A DNA stretch of 64,000 bases from the NCBI GenBank assembly GCA_965217865.1, contig CBDCJO010000002.1, positions 1,664,001 to 1,728,000 of the forward strand, read 5' to 3'. The position numbers were made by a program, and so were the translations under genes. The notes under the pieces were generated by a model. The model was not told the origin of the DNA. It worked only from the letters and a program-made list of their open reading frames with translations, and did no database searches. The stretch is from Candidatus Latescibacterota bacterium (lineage in GTDB: Bacteria; Latescibacterota; UBA2968; SICM01). This document shows, in pieces, positions 20,673-30,658 of the stretch (its first letter is position 1; the number at the start of each line of letters is the position of its first letter).

Positions 20673-22292
20673 ATGGAGTTTGTTATCGACATTCACCTTC
20701 ATTCCTCCTATTCTCGGGCAACCAGCCGGGAACTTACCCCCGAGAATCTACATCGGTGGTCTTCCCTGAAGGGGCTCACGGTTGTCGGCACGGGGGATTT
20801 CACCCATCCCGTGTGGTTGGAAGAGCTGAAAACAAAGCTAGAACCCGCGGAAGAGGGGTTGTACCGGTTGAAATCGAGTTTCCGTGCGCCGGTTGACCGC
20901 GAAATCCCCCCTCTTTGCCAGGGTGAGGTGCGGTTTCTGCTGTCGGTTGAGATCAGCTCTATTTATAAAAAAAACGATAAGGTTAGAAAAATTCATAACC
21001 TCGTTTTGATGCCGGACTTCGAGGCAGTTGACCGGTTGAACCAAAGACTGGAGGATATAGGCAACCTGAAATCTGACGGAAGGCCCATTCTTGGTCTCGA
21101 CAGCAGGGATCTTGCAGAGATCGTTCTGGAGGTATGCCCGGAAGCCCTGCTCATCCCGGCACATATCTGGACACCTCACTTTGCAATGTTCGGATCCAAA
21201 TCCGGATTTGACTCTTTCGAGGAATGCTTTGAGGATATGATGCCGTATATCTATGCGGTGGAGACGGGGCTTTCCTCCGACCCCCCTATGAACTGGCGGT
21301 TGTCGGTTTTGGATAAATTTTCCATTGTCTCTAATTCGGATGCCCATTCGCCTTCCAAACTCGCGCGGGAGGCGACTTGCTTCGATACGGACCTCTCGTT
21401 CCCTGCCATTCGATCCGCAATTAAGGATCGAGACCCCAATAGGCTTGTCGGCACTCTTGAGTTCTATCCCGAGGAGGGCAAATACCATTACGACGGCCAC
21501 AGGAATTGCGGGATCTGCTGGAAGCCCGAACAGACGCTTGCCTCAAGCGGGATCTGTACGGTTTGCGGAAAACCGGTTACGGTTGGGGTCCTCAACCGTG
21601 TGGATGTTCTTGCGGATCGCGAGGAAGGGACCCGGCCGGAGTCAAGGCGCCCCTATGAAAGCCTGATTCCATTGATCGAGATTATCGCATCCACCAGGGG
21701 GGTCGGATCGGGTTCGAAACGCGTCAAAGAGGCTTACGATGCACTGATTTTGGCTCTGGGGCCCGAGTTGAAGATCCTTCGAGAGATTTCCATCGAGGAG
21801 ATCGCCCGGTCCGGGGATTCTCTGGTGGCTGAGGGCATCCGTCGAATGCGCAGCGGGAATGTTGAAATCGAACCGGGTTTTGATGGAGAGTATGGGAAGA
21901 TCAGGGTATTTCAGGAGGGGGAGCGGGAGAAGTATGCCGGTCAGGGGGATATGTTTGAGAAGCGGAGGTCAGGGGTCGGGAAACGTGAGACGTCAGACGT
22001 GAGAAGTGAAACGGGAAAAGGCAGTAGTGGCAGTGGCAGGAAAAGGCAAAGGCAGAGGTCGGAAGTCAGGGGTCAGAGGTCGGAGAAAAGGGACAAACCG
22101 GAGGAGAAAGGGGGAAATGGAGAAGCTGAGGCAGAAATCTCCGGAGTTTTTCCCAAGGAAGGCCATGGGAATACAGGGAAACCGGTCATAGGTAATCTGC
22201 GTGCTCCGACAGAGAATGGCCTTCCCCTTTTCCCGCAATTTGGAGTCGGGAGCATTTTGGTTGTCGGGTGGGAGCTTGGCCAACCTTTTTGA
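20673..22292 (+). CDS. Endonuclease Q family (PHP domain plus Zn finger) protein with repeat-containing C-terminal extension
   Basis: DIHLHSSYSRATS, GTGDFTHP, GRPILG, PAHIWTP, ETGLSSD, SNSDAHS, EGKYHYDGHRNC...CTVCG, PGFDGEYG. Confidence 0.87.
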   Translation: MEFVIDIHLHSSYSRATSRELTPENLHRWSSLKGLTVVGTGDFTHPVWLEELKTKLEPAEEGLYRLKSSFRAPVDREIPPLCQGEVRFLLSVEISSIYKKNDKVRKIHNLVLMPDFEAVDRLNQRLEDIGNLKSDGRPILGLDSRDLAEIVLEVCPEALLIPAHIWTPHFAMFGSKSGFDSFEECFEDMMPYIYAVETGLSSDPPMNWRLSVLDKFSIVSNSDAHSPSKLAREATCFDTDLSFPAIRSAIKDRDPNRLVGTLEFYPEEGKYHYDGHRNCGICWKPEQTLASSGICTVCGKPVTVGVLNRVDVLADREEGTRPESRRPYESLIPLIEIIASTRGVGSGSKRVKEAYDALILALGPELKILREISIEEIARSGDSLVAEGIRRMRSGNVEIEPGFDGEYGKIRVFQEGEREKYAGQGDMFEKRRSGVGKRETSDVRSETGKGSSGSGRKRQRQRSEVRGQRSEKRDKPEEKGGNGEAEAEISGVFPKEGHGNTGKPVIGNLRAPTENGLPLFPQFGVGSILVVGWELGQPF

Positions 22293-24153
22293 TTTGACTG
22301 GAGATCAGCAAAAGGCAGTTTTCGACCTGGATGGTCCCGTGGTAGTGGCAGCAGGACCGGGGACCGGCAAGACGCTGGTCCTGACTTGTCGTGTTTCTTA
22401 TCTTGTCAGGGAGCGCTCTATCAACCCCAGGTCGATGGTTGTCGTAACATTTACGAACAAAGCTGCGGAGGACATGCTCCGGAGATTTCGCGGCATGCTC
22501 CCGAAGATGGAAGATCTCCGGGATCTGCGCGTCGGAACCTTCCACGGGTTCTGTCTCGATCTGATCCGAAGTGAATTCGGAAAGGAGCAGCGGGTTCTGA
22601 TCGACCAGGTGGAGTCGCGTGCCCTGATTGAGACGGTGATCCGGGAGGGAAAATTCAGGGTCAGACTTGGCGATGCCTGCGATTTCATCTCCCGGACCAA
22701 AGGGGATGGGACCCTGAAGGCGGCGGTTGAGGGATCCTTCGAATTTGGCAGGATTTTAAAGGATTATCAGAATCGCCTTCGGGAGCTCCGACTTTGGGAC
22801 TTCGACGATATTCTCCTCGAAGCGGTCGCACTCCTCGAATCAGACCCATCTATTCTTAAAAGGTTAGAAGCAGACCATCTCTTGGTTGATGAATTTCAGG
22901 ATGTCAACGCGGTGCAGTATCGTCTGGTCAGGCTCCTTGCCGGTGAGGGTCAGAATCTGTTTGTGATCGGGGACCCTGACCAGGCGATCTACGGTTTCAG
23001 AGGGGGGGATCGCCGGTTCTTTGCAAAGCTTTTGGGTGACTTTTCAGGGGCTCATCTCATCCGGTTGGAGTCAAATCATCGCTCGACTGGAAATATACTG
23101 GATGCCGCCCACGGGGTCATCGCGGAGGATCCCGATCGAATCGACCTGAGGGTCACTCCGAGCCGGGACCCTGGAGTCCGGGTCCGATTGCTACTGTTGG
23201 AGAGCGAACTATCCGAGGGGATCGCTGTTGTCCAGGAGATTCTCGAGAGGGTCGGGGGTACGGACCTTACCCAGGCTGGAGAAGCCGAAAGAAGCTTCGA
23301 GGATTTCGCAGTCCTGTTCCGCACCGGACGACAGGCGGATGTCCTCGAGATATGTCTGAAAAAAGAGGGGCTGCCCCATCGAATCATCGGGCAGAAGGGC
23401 TTTATGGACTCCGGGGTGGTGAGGGATGTTCTTGCGTTCGCCCGTTGCCTTACGCCTCCAGATGAGGATTATCGGATCCAGTGTGCACTTCGACTGGAAC
23501 GATTCGATCCGGGTGAGGGTGTCTGGAAGAATATCCTGGCACGGCAAGCGGAAAAAGGTGGGTCTCTGTATGAAACATTGCAAGCTCTGTCCGGTGATTT
23601 CGATAAGGTTCGAGAATTTATCGATGTTGTGGAGCGATGTCGATCCCTCGTGGAGACCGCGCGTGCTGACAGCGTGATTCGAGCTTGTTGCGAGGGTTGC
23701 CGGGTTTCCGATGAAATAAATCTGGAGAGGCTTCTGAATGTTTGCAGCCGGTACGATACTTTTGAGGGCTTTTATCGGGATGTCTTGCTCGGAAAGGATG
23801 CGGACTGCGAGCAGGAGGGCAAAAGGACCGGTACCCGCGGAGAGGCCATCACCCTGATGACGCTTCACGCAGCGAAGGGGCTCGAATTCCCGGTTATCTT
23901 CATCGTAGGGGTTGAGGACGGCTTGATTCCCTTCCGGGAGCGAGATGCCGACCTATCTGAGGAGCGCCGCCTGCTCTACGTCGGTCTGACAAGAGCCCGA
24001 GACGAGGTCATCCTGACGGCCGTGAAGAGGCGGATTCGCTACGGAAAACGGATCAACCCGGAAATCTCCCCATTTTTAAAGGACCTTTGCGGGTCAAATA
24101 TCGAGGTGGAGGAACGGGTGCATTCGCGAAGCGCACAAATTTCGCTTTTTTAG
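22201..24153 (+). CDS. UvrD/PcrA-family SF1 DNA helicase
   Basis: AAGPGTGKT, TFTNKAA, GTFH, VDEFQD, IGDPDQAIYGFRG, TLHAAKGLEF, EERRLLYVGLTRA; start uncertain. Confidence 0.9.
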   Translation: MLRQRMAFPFSRNLESGAFWLSGGSLANLFDLTGDQQKAVFDLDGPVVVAAGPGTGKTLVLTCRVSYLVRERSINPRSMVVVTFTNKAAEDMLRRFRGMLPKMEDLRDLRVGTFHGFCLDLIRSEFGKEQRVLIDQVESRALIETVIREGKFRVRLGDACDFISRTKGDGTLKAAVEGSFEFGRILKDYQNRLRELRLWDFDDILLEAVALLESDPSILKRLEADHLLVDEFQDVNAVQYRLVRLLAGEGQNLFVIGDPDQAIYGFRGGDRRFFAKLLGDFSGAHLIRLESNHRSTGNILDAAHGVIAEDPDRIDLRVTPSRDPGVRVRLLLLESELSEGIAVVQEILERVGGTDLTQAGEAERSFEDFAVLFRTGRQADVLEICLKKEGLPHRIIGQKGFMDSGVVRDVLAFARCLTPPDEDYRIQCALRLERFDPGEGVWKNILARQAEKGGSLYETLQALSGDFDKVREFIDVVERCRSLVETARADSVIRACCEGCRVSDEINLERLLNVCSRYDTFEGFYRDVLLGKDADCEQEGKRTGTRGEAITLMTLHAAKGLEFPVIFIVGVEDGLIPFRERDADLSEERRLLYVGLTRARDEVILTAVKRRIRYGKRINPEISPFLKDLCGSNIEVEERVHSRSAQISLF

Positions 24154-24281
24154 ATCATGAGACGGCAAAACGTGAGAAGTGAGAAGGAAAGTAGCAGTGG
24201 CAGTGGCAGGGGAAAAGAAAAGGCGGGGATCGTGGATCGTGATTCAGAAAATTAGTGACGGACATATAAAATTCGGTCAAG

Positions 24282-24322
24282 TGTCAGACCTAACCCCTAG
24301 CCCCTTCCCTAAAGGGAAGGGG
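24282..24322 (+). repeat. CCCCTTCCC...GGGAAGGGG hairpin repeat
   Basis: tgtcagacctaacccctagccccttccctaaagggaagggg; inverted partial copy at 16272-16304, related copy at 34288-34323. Confidence 0.7.
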
Positions 24323-24394
24323 AATAAAGGCTTAATTTAGCTAATCTTCAGTCACATGACCTCCACTCTATGTAATGGGATAATCCCTTAGATA

Positions 24395-24500
24395 TGTGGG
24401 ACCCGACTCCAGTCGGGGAATAAGGGCATCAGCCAAAGGAAAAATCCCCGATGATCTTGGCCATTCAGAGCCAGTTCCCGGTCTGGAGACCGGTCCCACA
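24395..24500. repeat. TGTGGGA-type REP doublet (REPIN-like)
   Basis: TGTGGGACCCGACTCCAGTCGGGGAA facing inverted TGTGGGACCGGTCTCCAGACCGGGAA. Confidence 0.75.
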
Positions 24501-24608
24501 ACATTTGGCCACATAAGGCCAGGGTTTACTACGGCTGAGCGAAGAGATCCACGGTTTTTCGAACCCCGAATCACGAATCACGAACCACGGTCACCTAAGG
24601 AGGTGGAC

Positions 24609-24806
24609 ATGAAAAAGGAGATCGGTGCTACGGCCGGTGAATTGTGGCATTTTCTGGACGCGCAGGGTGAGACGACATGGCGGCAGATCGAAAAGCGGGT
24701 CAACCGGCCACAACGCATGCTGGCTATGGGTATCGGCTGGTTGGCCAGGGAGAACAAGATTGATATCCGGAAAATGTCAGGGGTCTATTACGTAGGGTTA
24801 AAATAA
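24609..24806 (+). CDS. Small winged helix-turn-helix protein (DUF2582-like)
   Basis: MKKEIGATAGELWHFL...MGIGWLARENKI pattern; SD AAGGAGG. Confidence 0.82.
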   Translation: MKKEIGATAGELWHFLDAQGETTWRQIEKRVNRPQRMLAMGIGWLARENKIDIRKMSGVYYVGLK

Positions 24807-24823
24807 TCCCTTTAAAAAATCTT

Positions 24824-26401
24824 GTGGGAGGTCGTGTGGCCGGTTTGGTGGCTTTGATTATTCTGGACGGTTGGGGATTGAATCCCAGGAAAGACCACAA
24901 TGCGGTGGCGCTTGCCCGGACTCCGACGATGGACGGTTTGCGGAAGAACCATCTGCACACGACGCTGGTGACCTGCGGGACCCGCGTGGGATTGCCTGAG
25001 GGGCTGATGGGGAACTCGGAGGTTGGGCATCTCAACCTTGGGGCCGGTCGGATGGTGATACAGGCGATGACGCGGATCGACGGATGGGTGAAAGACGGGA
25101 ATCTGTTCCAGAATCCTGCACTCGTGGGGGCGATCGATCACGTGAAGGGGACGGAGCGGAAGCTGCACCTGATAGGTCTTGTATCGGACGGGGGTGTGCA
25201 CAGCTGGCCATCCCATTATCTGGGTCTCTTGAGGATGGCGAAGGCCCGGGAGTTGGACCCCGGGCAGGTTTATCTCCACGCGATGCTGGATGGGAGGGAT
25301 ACCCCGCCTCAGAGCGGAATCGATCATGTCAAAACCCTCGTCGATTTCATGGAAGAAATCGAGTTTGGCCATGTGGGTTCAATCGTGGGCCGATACTATG
25401 CGATGGACCGGGACAGGCGCTGGGAGCGTACGAAGATCGCCTATGACTGCTACACGATGGGGGCCGGGAGGAAGGAGACCGATCCGGTCGAAGCCGTGAA
25501 GAAGGCATACGAGAGGGATGAAACCGACGAGTTCGTCAAACCGATCGTGATCGCGGGTGATGACGGCGAGTCGACGGCCAGGTTTTCCGATGGAGACAGT
25601 GTCCTGTTCTTCAATTTCCGTGGGGACCGGCCGAGGCAGATCACAAAGGCTTTCGTGCTCCCGGGGTTCAAGGAATTCGAACGAAAGGAATCGCCGGATA
25701 TTCGGTTTACCTGCATGACCCGGTATGAGGAGGGGCTTCCGGTAGAGGTGGCCTATCCCCCGGATTCCCTGGAACAGGGAATGACGAACACTGTTGGGAA
25801 GGCTATAAGCGACCGGGGCATTCGACAACTGCGGATCGCCGAGACGGAGAAGTATGCACACGTGACTTTCTTTTTCAACGGACAGGAGGAGGCGCCCTAT
25901 CCGGGGGAAGAACGAATCCTTGTGCCCTCACCGAAGGTCGCGACTTACGATCTCCAACCGGAGATGAGCGCTCAGGGTGTCGCAGCCAACCTGGTCGAGA
26001 AGATTCGTGAGGGCTCGTTCGAAGCGGTGATTTGTAATTTCGCTAATCCGGACATGGTTGGACATACGGGGGACCTGGGGGGGGCGATCAAGGCCGTTGA
26101 GACGGTGGACCAATGCCTGGACGATTCCCTCGAAGCGATCCGTGACACAGGCGGGGCCGCGATCGTCACCGCGGATCATGGGAACGCGGAGCAGATGCTG
26201 CATTACGATTCAGGGGTTCCCCATACTGCGCATACGACGAACCCGGTTCCGCTGTTCGTCGTATATAACCGGTTCAACGAAAGCCTACGGAGCGGAGGCT
26301 CACTTGAGGATGTGGGGCCGACCATGCTTGGGATGCTGGGGATCGTAAAACCGGAAGGGATGACGGGAAGGGATTTGAGGGAAATGGAAAATGCAAAGTG
26401 A
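24824..26401 (+). CDS. gpmI: 2,3-bisphosphoglycerate-independent phosphoglycerate mutase
   Basis: IILDGWG, MGNSEVGH, SDGGVHS, DGRD, GRYYAMDRD, AETEKYAHVTFFFNG, NPDMVGHTG, TADHGN. Confidence 0.97.
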   Translation: MGGRVAGLVALIILDGWGLNPRKDHNAVALARTPTMDGLRKNHLHTTLVTCGTRVGLPEGLMGNSEVGHLNLGAGRMVIQAMTRIDGWVKDGNLFQNPALVGAIDHVKGTERKLHLIGLVSDGGVHSWPSHYLGLLRMAKARELDPGQVYLHAMLDGRDTPPQSGIDHVKTLVDFMEEIEFGHVGSIVGRYYAMDRDRRWERTKIAYDCYTMGAGRKETDPVEAVKKAYERDETDEFVKPIVIAGDDGESTARFSDGDSVLFFNFRGDRPRQITKAFVLPGFKEFERKESPDIRFTCMTRYEEGLPVEVAYPPDSLEQGMTNTVGKAISDRGIRQLRIAETEKYAHVTFFFNGQEEAPYPGEERILVPSPKVATYDLQPEMSAQGVAANLVEKIREGSFEAVICNFANPDMVGHTGDLGGAIKAVETVDQCLDDSLEAIRDTGGAAIVTADHGNAEQMLHYDSGVPHTAHTTNPVPLFVVYNRFNESLRSGGSLEDVGPTMLGMLGIVKPEGMTGRDLREMENAK

Positions 26402-26446
26402 AAAATGGAAAAGTCGGGGGCCAGGGGTCGGAGGTCGGAGGTATGA

Positions 26447-26713
26447 GGCGACGCATCCGCGGGCCAACGGCTCGTGATTCCTTGGCCCAGCCCAACGGGC
26501 TGGGTTGGAATGTGGGCGAATCGAGCGGGCCAACGGTCCGCGATCCGGATCAATCCCACAGATGAATCAGGATGTGGAACAGGGATTGGGGGATGTGAGA
26601 TTATCGCGGCCTTTCAGGCCGCACGACGCTATTGATCCGCATGACCCAGGGCGATGCCCTGGGTTAAGGGACAACGCGCCGATGGCGCTAAAAGAAGGCC
26701 TTGACTTTAGTCT
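26447..26713 (-). mobile_element. Internally deleted IS200/IS605-like (HUH transposase) remnant, copy A
   Basis: Hairpins CCCAGGGC..GCCCTGGG and CCCAGCCC-AAC-GGGCTGGG; residual frame 26591-26550 reads PQSLFHILIHL-WD*; inverted relative to 39495-39701. Confidence 0.7.
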
Positions 26714-26806
26714 TGGCTTCTCAGTTAGCTCGAAGACCCGGGTGTCAATCGCGAAGACAGGATCCACAATATTCCACGGAAAGCCCAACTTCCCGATATT
26801 CAATAT

Positions 26807-27124
26807 TCAATGAAGTTTGGTGAATTCGCTCGGGGGAATCCCGAGCCAGTCCCGGCTCAGGAAATCGGTCATGGTCAAAGTGATCAGGATGATCAGCCAG
26901 AAGAATCCCGCTCCCGCAAAGACCCAGGTCAGTCGGCTGCTGTGTCGGAGGTGCATAAAATAGAGGACTACCAGGAGGGCTTTAAACACTGCGATGGAGA
27001 TCGCCGCGACCGTGTTCAGGGGGCCCAGGTTGAGAAAGGCGACCCATATCGTGATTCCGGTGAAGAGGAGGAGCGCAAAAAATATGAGGAGGTAGACGTA
27101 TAAGGGGGTCTTGTGCTGTGACAT
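26807..27124 (-). CDS. ctaF: Cytochrome c oxidase subunit IV (caa3 type)
   Basis: Three TM helices, IAVFKALLVVLYFMHLR; TGATG overlap with subunit III. Confidence 0.88.
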   Translation of the reverse strand: MSQHKTPLYVYLLIFFALLLFTGITIWVAFLNLGPLNTVAAISIAVFKALLVVLYFMHLRHSSRLTWVFAGAGFFWLIILITLTMTDFLSRDWLGIPPSEFTKLH

Positions 27125-27768
27125 CAATGCCGTCCGATCAGGTAAAGGAGAGGAAACAGAAAGATCCACACGATATCAACGAAGTGCCAGTAAAGTCCGA
27201 ACATCTCAACAGGACCATAGTATTCGGATGTAAAGCGATTGAGCAGGGTCTTCCCGATCAACCAGATCATCAGGCCCATGCCCACCAACATGTGGAGGGC
27301 ATGCATTCCTGTCATCGCAAAATAGAGAGAGAAAAAGATCTTCACGTTTGAAGCATGGTCCCCTTCGAAGAAGAAATATTTACCGGGCACGAGATGTTCG
27401 TGAAACTTGTGGGAGTACTCCACGAATTTTATTCCCAGAAAGACTCCACCCAGAAGCATGGTCGACACCAGATAAACCACAATCCCATTCCGTCGTCCAT
27501 ACTGCGCGGCGCGTACAGCCATGGCCATAGTCAGACTGCTGCCGATCAGGACGGCGGTGTTGATTCCACCCAGTGTGACATCCAGTTGATGGCTTGCGGC
27601 CATAAATGAAAGGTGATACTTGAACCGGTAAACGGTGTAGGCCGTGAAAAGACCGCCAAAGAAGAGGACCTCGGTGACAAGAAAAGCCCACATCCCGAGG
27701 GTCGCAGACTCCCGCTGCTGTTCCATGTCCTCAAAGTGGTGGGCAAGGCCGGTGTAATAGTCAGCCAA
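27124..27768 (-). CDS. ctaE: Cytochrome c oxidase subunit III
   Basis: GMWAFLVTEVLFFGGLF, NTAVLIGSS, TGMHALH, GLYWHFVDIVWIFLFPLLY. Confidence 0.94.
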   Translation of the reverse strand: MADYYTGLAHHFEDMEQQRESATLGMWAFLVTEVLFFGGLFTAYTVYRFKYHLSFMAASHQLDVTLGGINTAVLIGSSLTMAMAVRAAQYGRRNGIVVYLVSTMLLGGVFLGIKFVEYSHKFHEHLVPGKYFFFEGDHASNVKIFFSLYFAMTGMHALHMLVGMGLMIWLIGKTLLNRFTSEYYGPVEMFGLYWHFVDIVWIFLFPLLYLIGRH

Positions 27769-27801
27769 CGGAAGTCTCCGAAGATCAGTGAAATGTGAGA
27801 C

Positions 27802-27922
27802 GGCAGAGGCAGTGGCAGTGGCAGTGGCAGTGGCAGTGGCAGTGGCAGGAAAAAAAGAAATGAAGAAGTTGCAGTAAAACTATAAAATAAACACTTTTCT
27901 GCTACTGCTACTGCTACTGCCC
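27802..27922. repeat. (GGCAGT)6 array with an inverted (CTGCTA)n arm between coxA and coxC
   Basis: Six perfect GGCAGT at 27808-27843; ttttctgctactgctactgctactgccc at 27895-27922; AT-rich core between the arms. Confidence 0.85.
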
Positions 27923-27951
27923 CGGTTTTCCCATCCTAATATCCAATTCCC

Positions 27952-29607
27952 CTAACTTGCTTCTTCGGACCCATGAGACGATGGATGGGGTGCGTAGGCA
28001 TATGCCTCTTCAGTCACGACGGGTGTTCGGTCGAAGTTGAAGGTCGGCGGAGGTGAATGGGTCTGCCATTCCAGCCCCGCGGCTCCCCAGGGATTTTTCC
28101 CAGCGACTTTTCCGTATCGGAGGGACCAGACCAGATAGATCAACGGAATCAGGTATCCGACAGCCAGGATGGATGCGCCTGCAGTCGACAATACATTCAA
28201 TACCTGAAACTCATCCGGATAAGCGTGATACCGTCGGGGCATGCCGAGGTAGCCGAGGATGAATTGCGGAAAAAAGGTCAGATTAAATCCGACAAAGATC
28301 ATCAGGGCTGAGAATCGTGCCCAGGCTTCCGGATACATCCGGCCTGTAATCTTAGGCCACCAGAAGTGGATGCCGCCCAGATAGGCCATCACGGCGCCTC
28401 CGACCATGATGTAGTGGAAGTGTGCGACGATGAAATAGGTATCGTGGACGTGGATGTCGACGGCCAGGGAGGCCAGGAATAAACCGGTCAGTCCCCCGAT
28501 GGTAAACAGCCCGATAAACCCGAGGGCGTAGAGCATCGGCGCTGCGAAGGAGATGGACCCCTTGTAGAGGGTTGCGGTCCAGTTGAAGACTTTGATGGCC
28601 GAAGGGATGGCGACCAGGAAGCTGATGATCGAGAAGACCATTCCGGCATAGACGGACTGGCTGCTGACGAACATATGGTGACCCCAGACCAGGAATCCGA
28701 GCACGGCGATGGCAAGGCTGGAAAAGGCGACGAAGCCGTAGCCGAAGATTCGCTTTCGGGAAAAGCAGGTGATCAACTCGCTCACCACACCCATTCCCGG
28801 GAGGATCATAATGTATACCGCGGGGTGGGAGTAGAACCAGAAAAGGTGCTGGAAGAGCACCGGGTCCCCTCCCAGGGCGGGATCGAAGACCCCGATACGG
28901 AAAGCCCGCTCCAACCCCACCAGGAGGATCGTAATCGCAAGAACGGGTGTACCCAGGACCATGACCAGACTGGTGGCATAGTGCGCCCAGATGAAGAGGG
29001 GCATCCTGAGCCAGCTCATTCCAGGTGCCCGCATCTTATGAATGGTCACGATAAAGTTGAGCCCGGTTAAAATCGATGAGAACCCGGTGATGAAGACCCC
29101 TAGCGCGGTCAGGATGACGTGGGTGTTCGCATAGGTGCTGCTGTAGGGCGTGTAGAAGGTCCAGCCGGTGTCCACGCCCCCGGTCACCACGACCCAGAGG
29201 GTAAAGAGTCCGCCTGTGGTGTAAATATACCAACTGGCCAGGTTCAGACGAGGAAAGGCAACGTCCTTTGCGCCGATCATGATAGGCACCAGGAAATTTC
29301 CCAGGACCGCGGGGATTGAAGGGACCAGGAAGAAAAAGATCATGACGATCCCGTGCATGGTGAAGAACTTGTTGTAAGTCTCGGCCAGCAGGATGTCCCC
29401 TTCGGGGGTTACCAACTCCAGGCGGATCATGACCGCAAACAGCCCTCCGAGAACGAAAAAGAAGGTAATGGAAATCAGGTAGAGGATGGCGATTCGCTTG
29501 TGATCCGTGGTCAGGAGCCAGGACTTCACCCCGTAGTTCACGTTCAGATAGTGTGGGCGTGACCTGATGTCTCCCTCGAGATGTTCTCCGTTTACCGTGC
29601 TCATCAC
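27952..29607 (-). CDS. ctaD: Cytochrome c oxidase subunit I, A2-type
   Basis: FTMHG, GWTFY, helix [12 protein letters not shown] (YS motif), VWGHHMF, AHFHY, GMPRRY. Confidence 0.97.
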   Translation of the reverse strand: MMSTVNGEHLEGDIRSRPHYLNVNYGVKSWLLTTDHKRIAILYLISITFFFVLGGLFAVMIRLELVTPEGDILLAETYNKFFTMHGIVMIFFFLVPSIPAVLGNFLVPIMIGAKDVAFPRLNLASWYIYTTGGLFTLWVVVTGGVDTGWTFYTPYSSTYANTHVILTALGVFITGFSSILTGLNFIVTIHKMRAPGMSWLRMPLFIWAHYATSLVMVLGTPVLAITILLVGLERAFRIGVFDPALGGDPVLFQHLFWFYSHPAVYIMILPGMGVVSELITCFSRKRIFGYGFVAFSSLAIAVLGFLVWGHHMFVSSQSVYAGMVFSIISFLVAIPSAIKVFNWTATLYKGSISFAAPMLYALGFIGLFTIGGLTGLFLASLAVDIHVHDTYFIVAHFHYIMVGGAVMAYLGGIHFWWPKITGRMYPEAWARFSALMIFVGFNLTFFPQFILGYLGMPRRYHAYPDEFQVLNVLSTAGASILAVGYLIPLIYLVWSLRYGKVAGKNPWGAAGLEWQTHSPPPTFNFDRTPVVTEEAYAYAPHPSSHGSEEAS

Positions 29608-30554
29608 TCGGCCCCGATCCTTTCCGCGCTTTCGAGAGATTTGACGTAGGCGATTAGCTGTAAAATCCCCTCTTCGCTGATCTGGCCTTCGAAGGTCGGC
29701 ATGAGCGGTTTGTAACCTTCGAGCATTTTGGTTTTCGGTTTCAAGATCGACTCCCGGATATACGTTTCATCGGCGATTATGCTCTCCCCGCTTTTTAGCT
29801 TCACGGACTTTCCGAACAACCCGTCCAGCACAGGTCCACGTTCCTTCGAGTCCGGCTTGTGACACGTTGCACAACCGAGCTCCTGGAAGAGACGCTCCCC
29901 GGCGACTTCCAAGGATTCTCCCTTACGACCCCCGCTTAACCAGGTTTCATAATCTGCTGGAGTCATTACGATCACCCGCCCGATCATACGGGAATGTTTC
30001 GTCCCGCAATATTCCGCACAGAAGAGATGATATTCCCCGGCCCGGGTCGCTTCGAACCAGGCCGTGGTATAACGGCCGGGCACCACGTCCATTTTGATCC
30101 GAAAGGCCGGTATAAAGAAGCTGTGGATTACGTCTTCCGATGTCATCGTCAATCGGACCGGCTGTCCCACAGGGACGTGAAGCTCGTTGATCTCCCGGTT
30201 TCCCTCCGGATGCTGCAGCTTCCACATCCACTGCTTTCCCACAACAAAAACTTCCATGGCCTCGGGTGGGGGGCTGTACATCGTAAAGTAGAGGTCGGCG
30301 GCCCACGCAAAAACCCCTATGGAGAGGCCTAACGGTATCACCGACCACAAAAGCTCGAGGCGGAGATCCCCCAGGATCGCCCGGGGTCGTTCGTCTTCGG
30401 AACGACGACGGAACCGGATGGCAAAAATGAGGATCAATAGGAAAATCAGACCTGCAAATAAGCAGCTGAGTCCCACCAGGGAAAGGTAGAGGGTATCCAC
30501 CTTTCCTGCAAAGGTGGAGGCTTGATCCGGGAAGAGTGGGAAGTCGGTCCACAT
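29604..30554 (-). CDS. ctaC: Cytochrome c oxidase subunit II with fused cytochrome c (caa3)
   Basis: QWMW, DVIHSF, CuA motif [13 protein letters not shown]-terminal CATCH plus distal Met. Confidence 0.95.
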   Translation of the reverse strand: MWTDFPLFPDQASTFAGKVDTLYLSLVGLSCLFAGLIFLLILIFAIRFRRRSEDERPRAILGDLRLELLWSVIPLGLSIGVFAWAADLYFTMYSPPPEAMEVFVVGKQWMWKLQHPEGNREINELHVPVGQPVRLTMTSEDVIHSFFIPAFRIKMDVVPGRYTTAWFEATRAGEYHLFCAEYCGTKHSRMIGRVIVMTPADYETWLSGGRKGESLEVAGERLFQELGCATCHKPDSKERGPVLDGLFGKSVKLKSGESIIADETYIRESILKPKTKMLEGYKPLMPTFEGQISEEGILQLIAYVKSLESAERIGAE

Positions 30555-30658
30555 GATGGAAATGAAAAATGAAAAATGCAATGAAATCGCGTCGCGGACT
30601 AACAATCCACTGACGTGTGATTTTTATGTAAATCGAAAGCCATTCTCCACCCCGCCTG

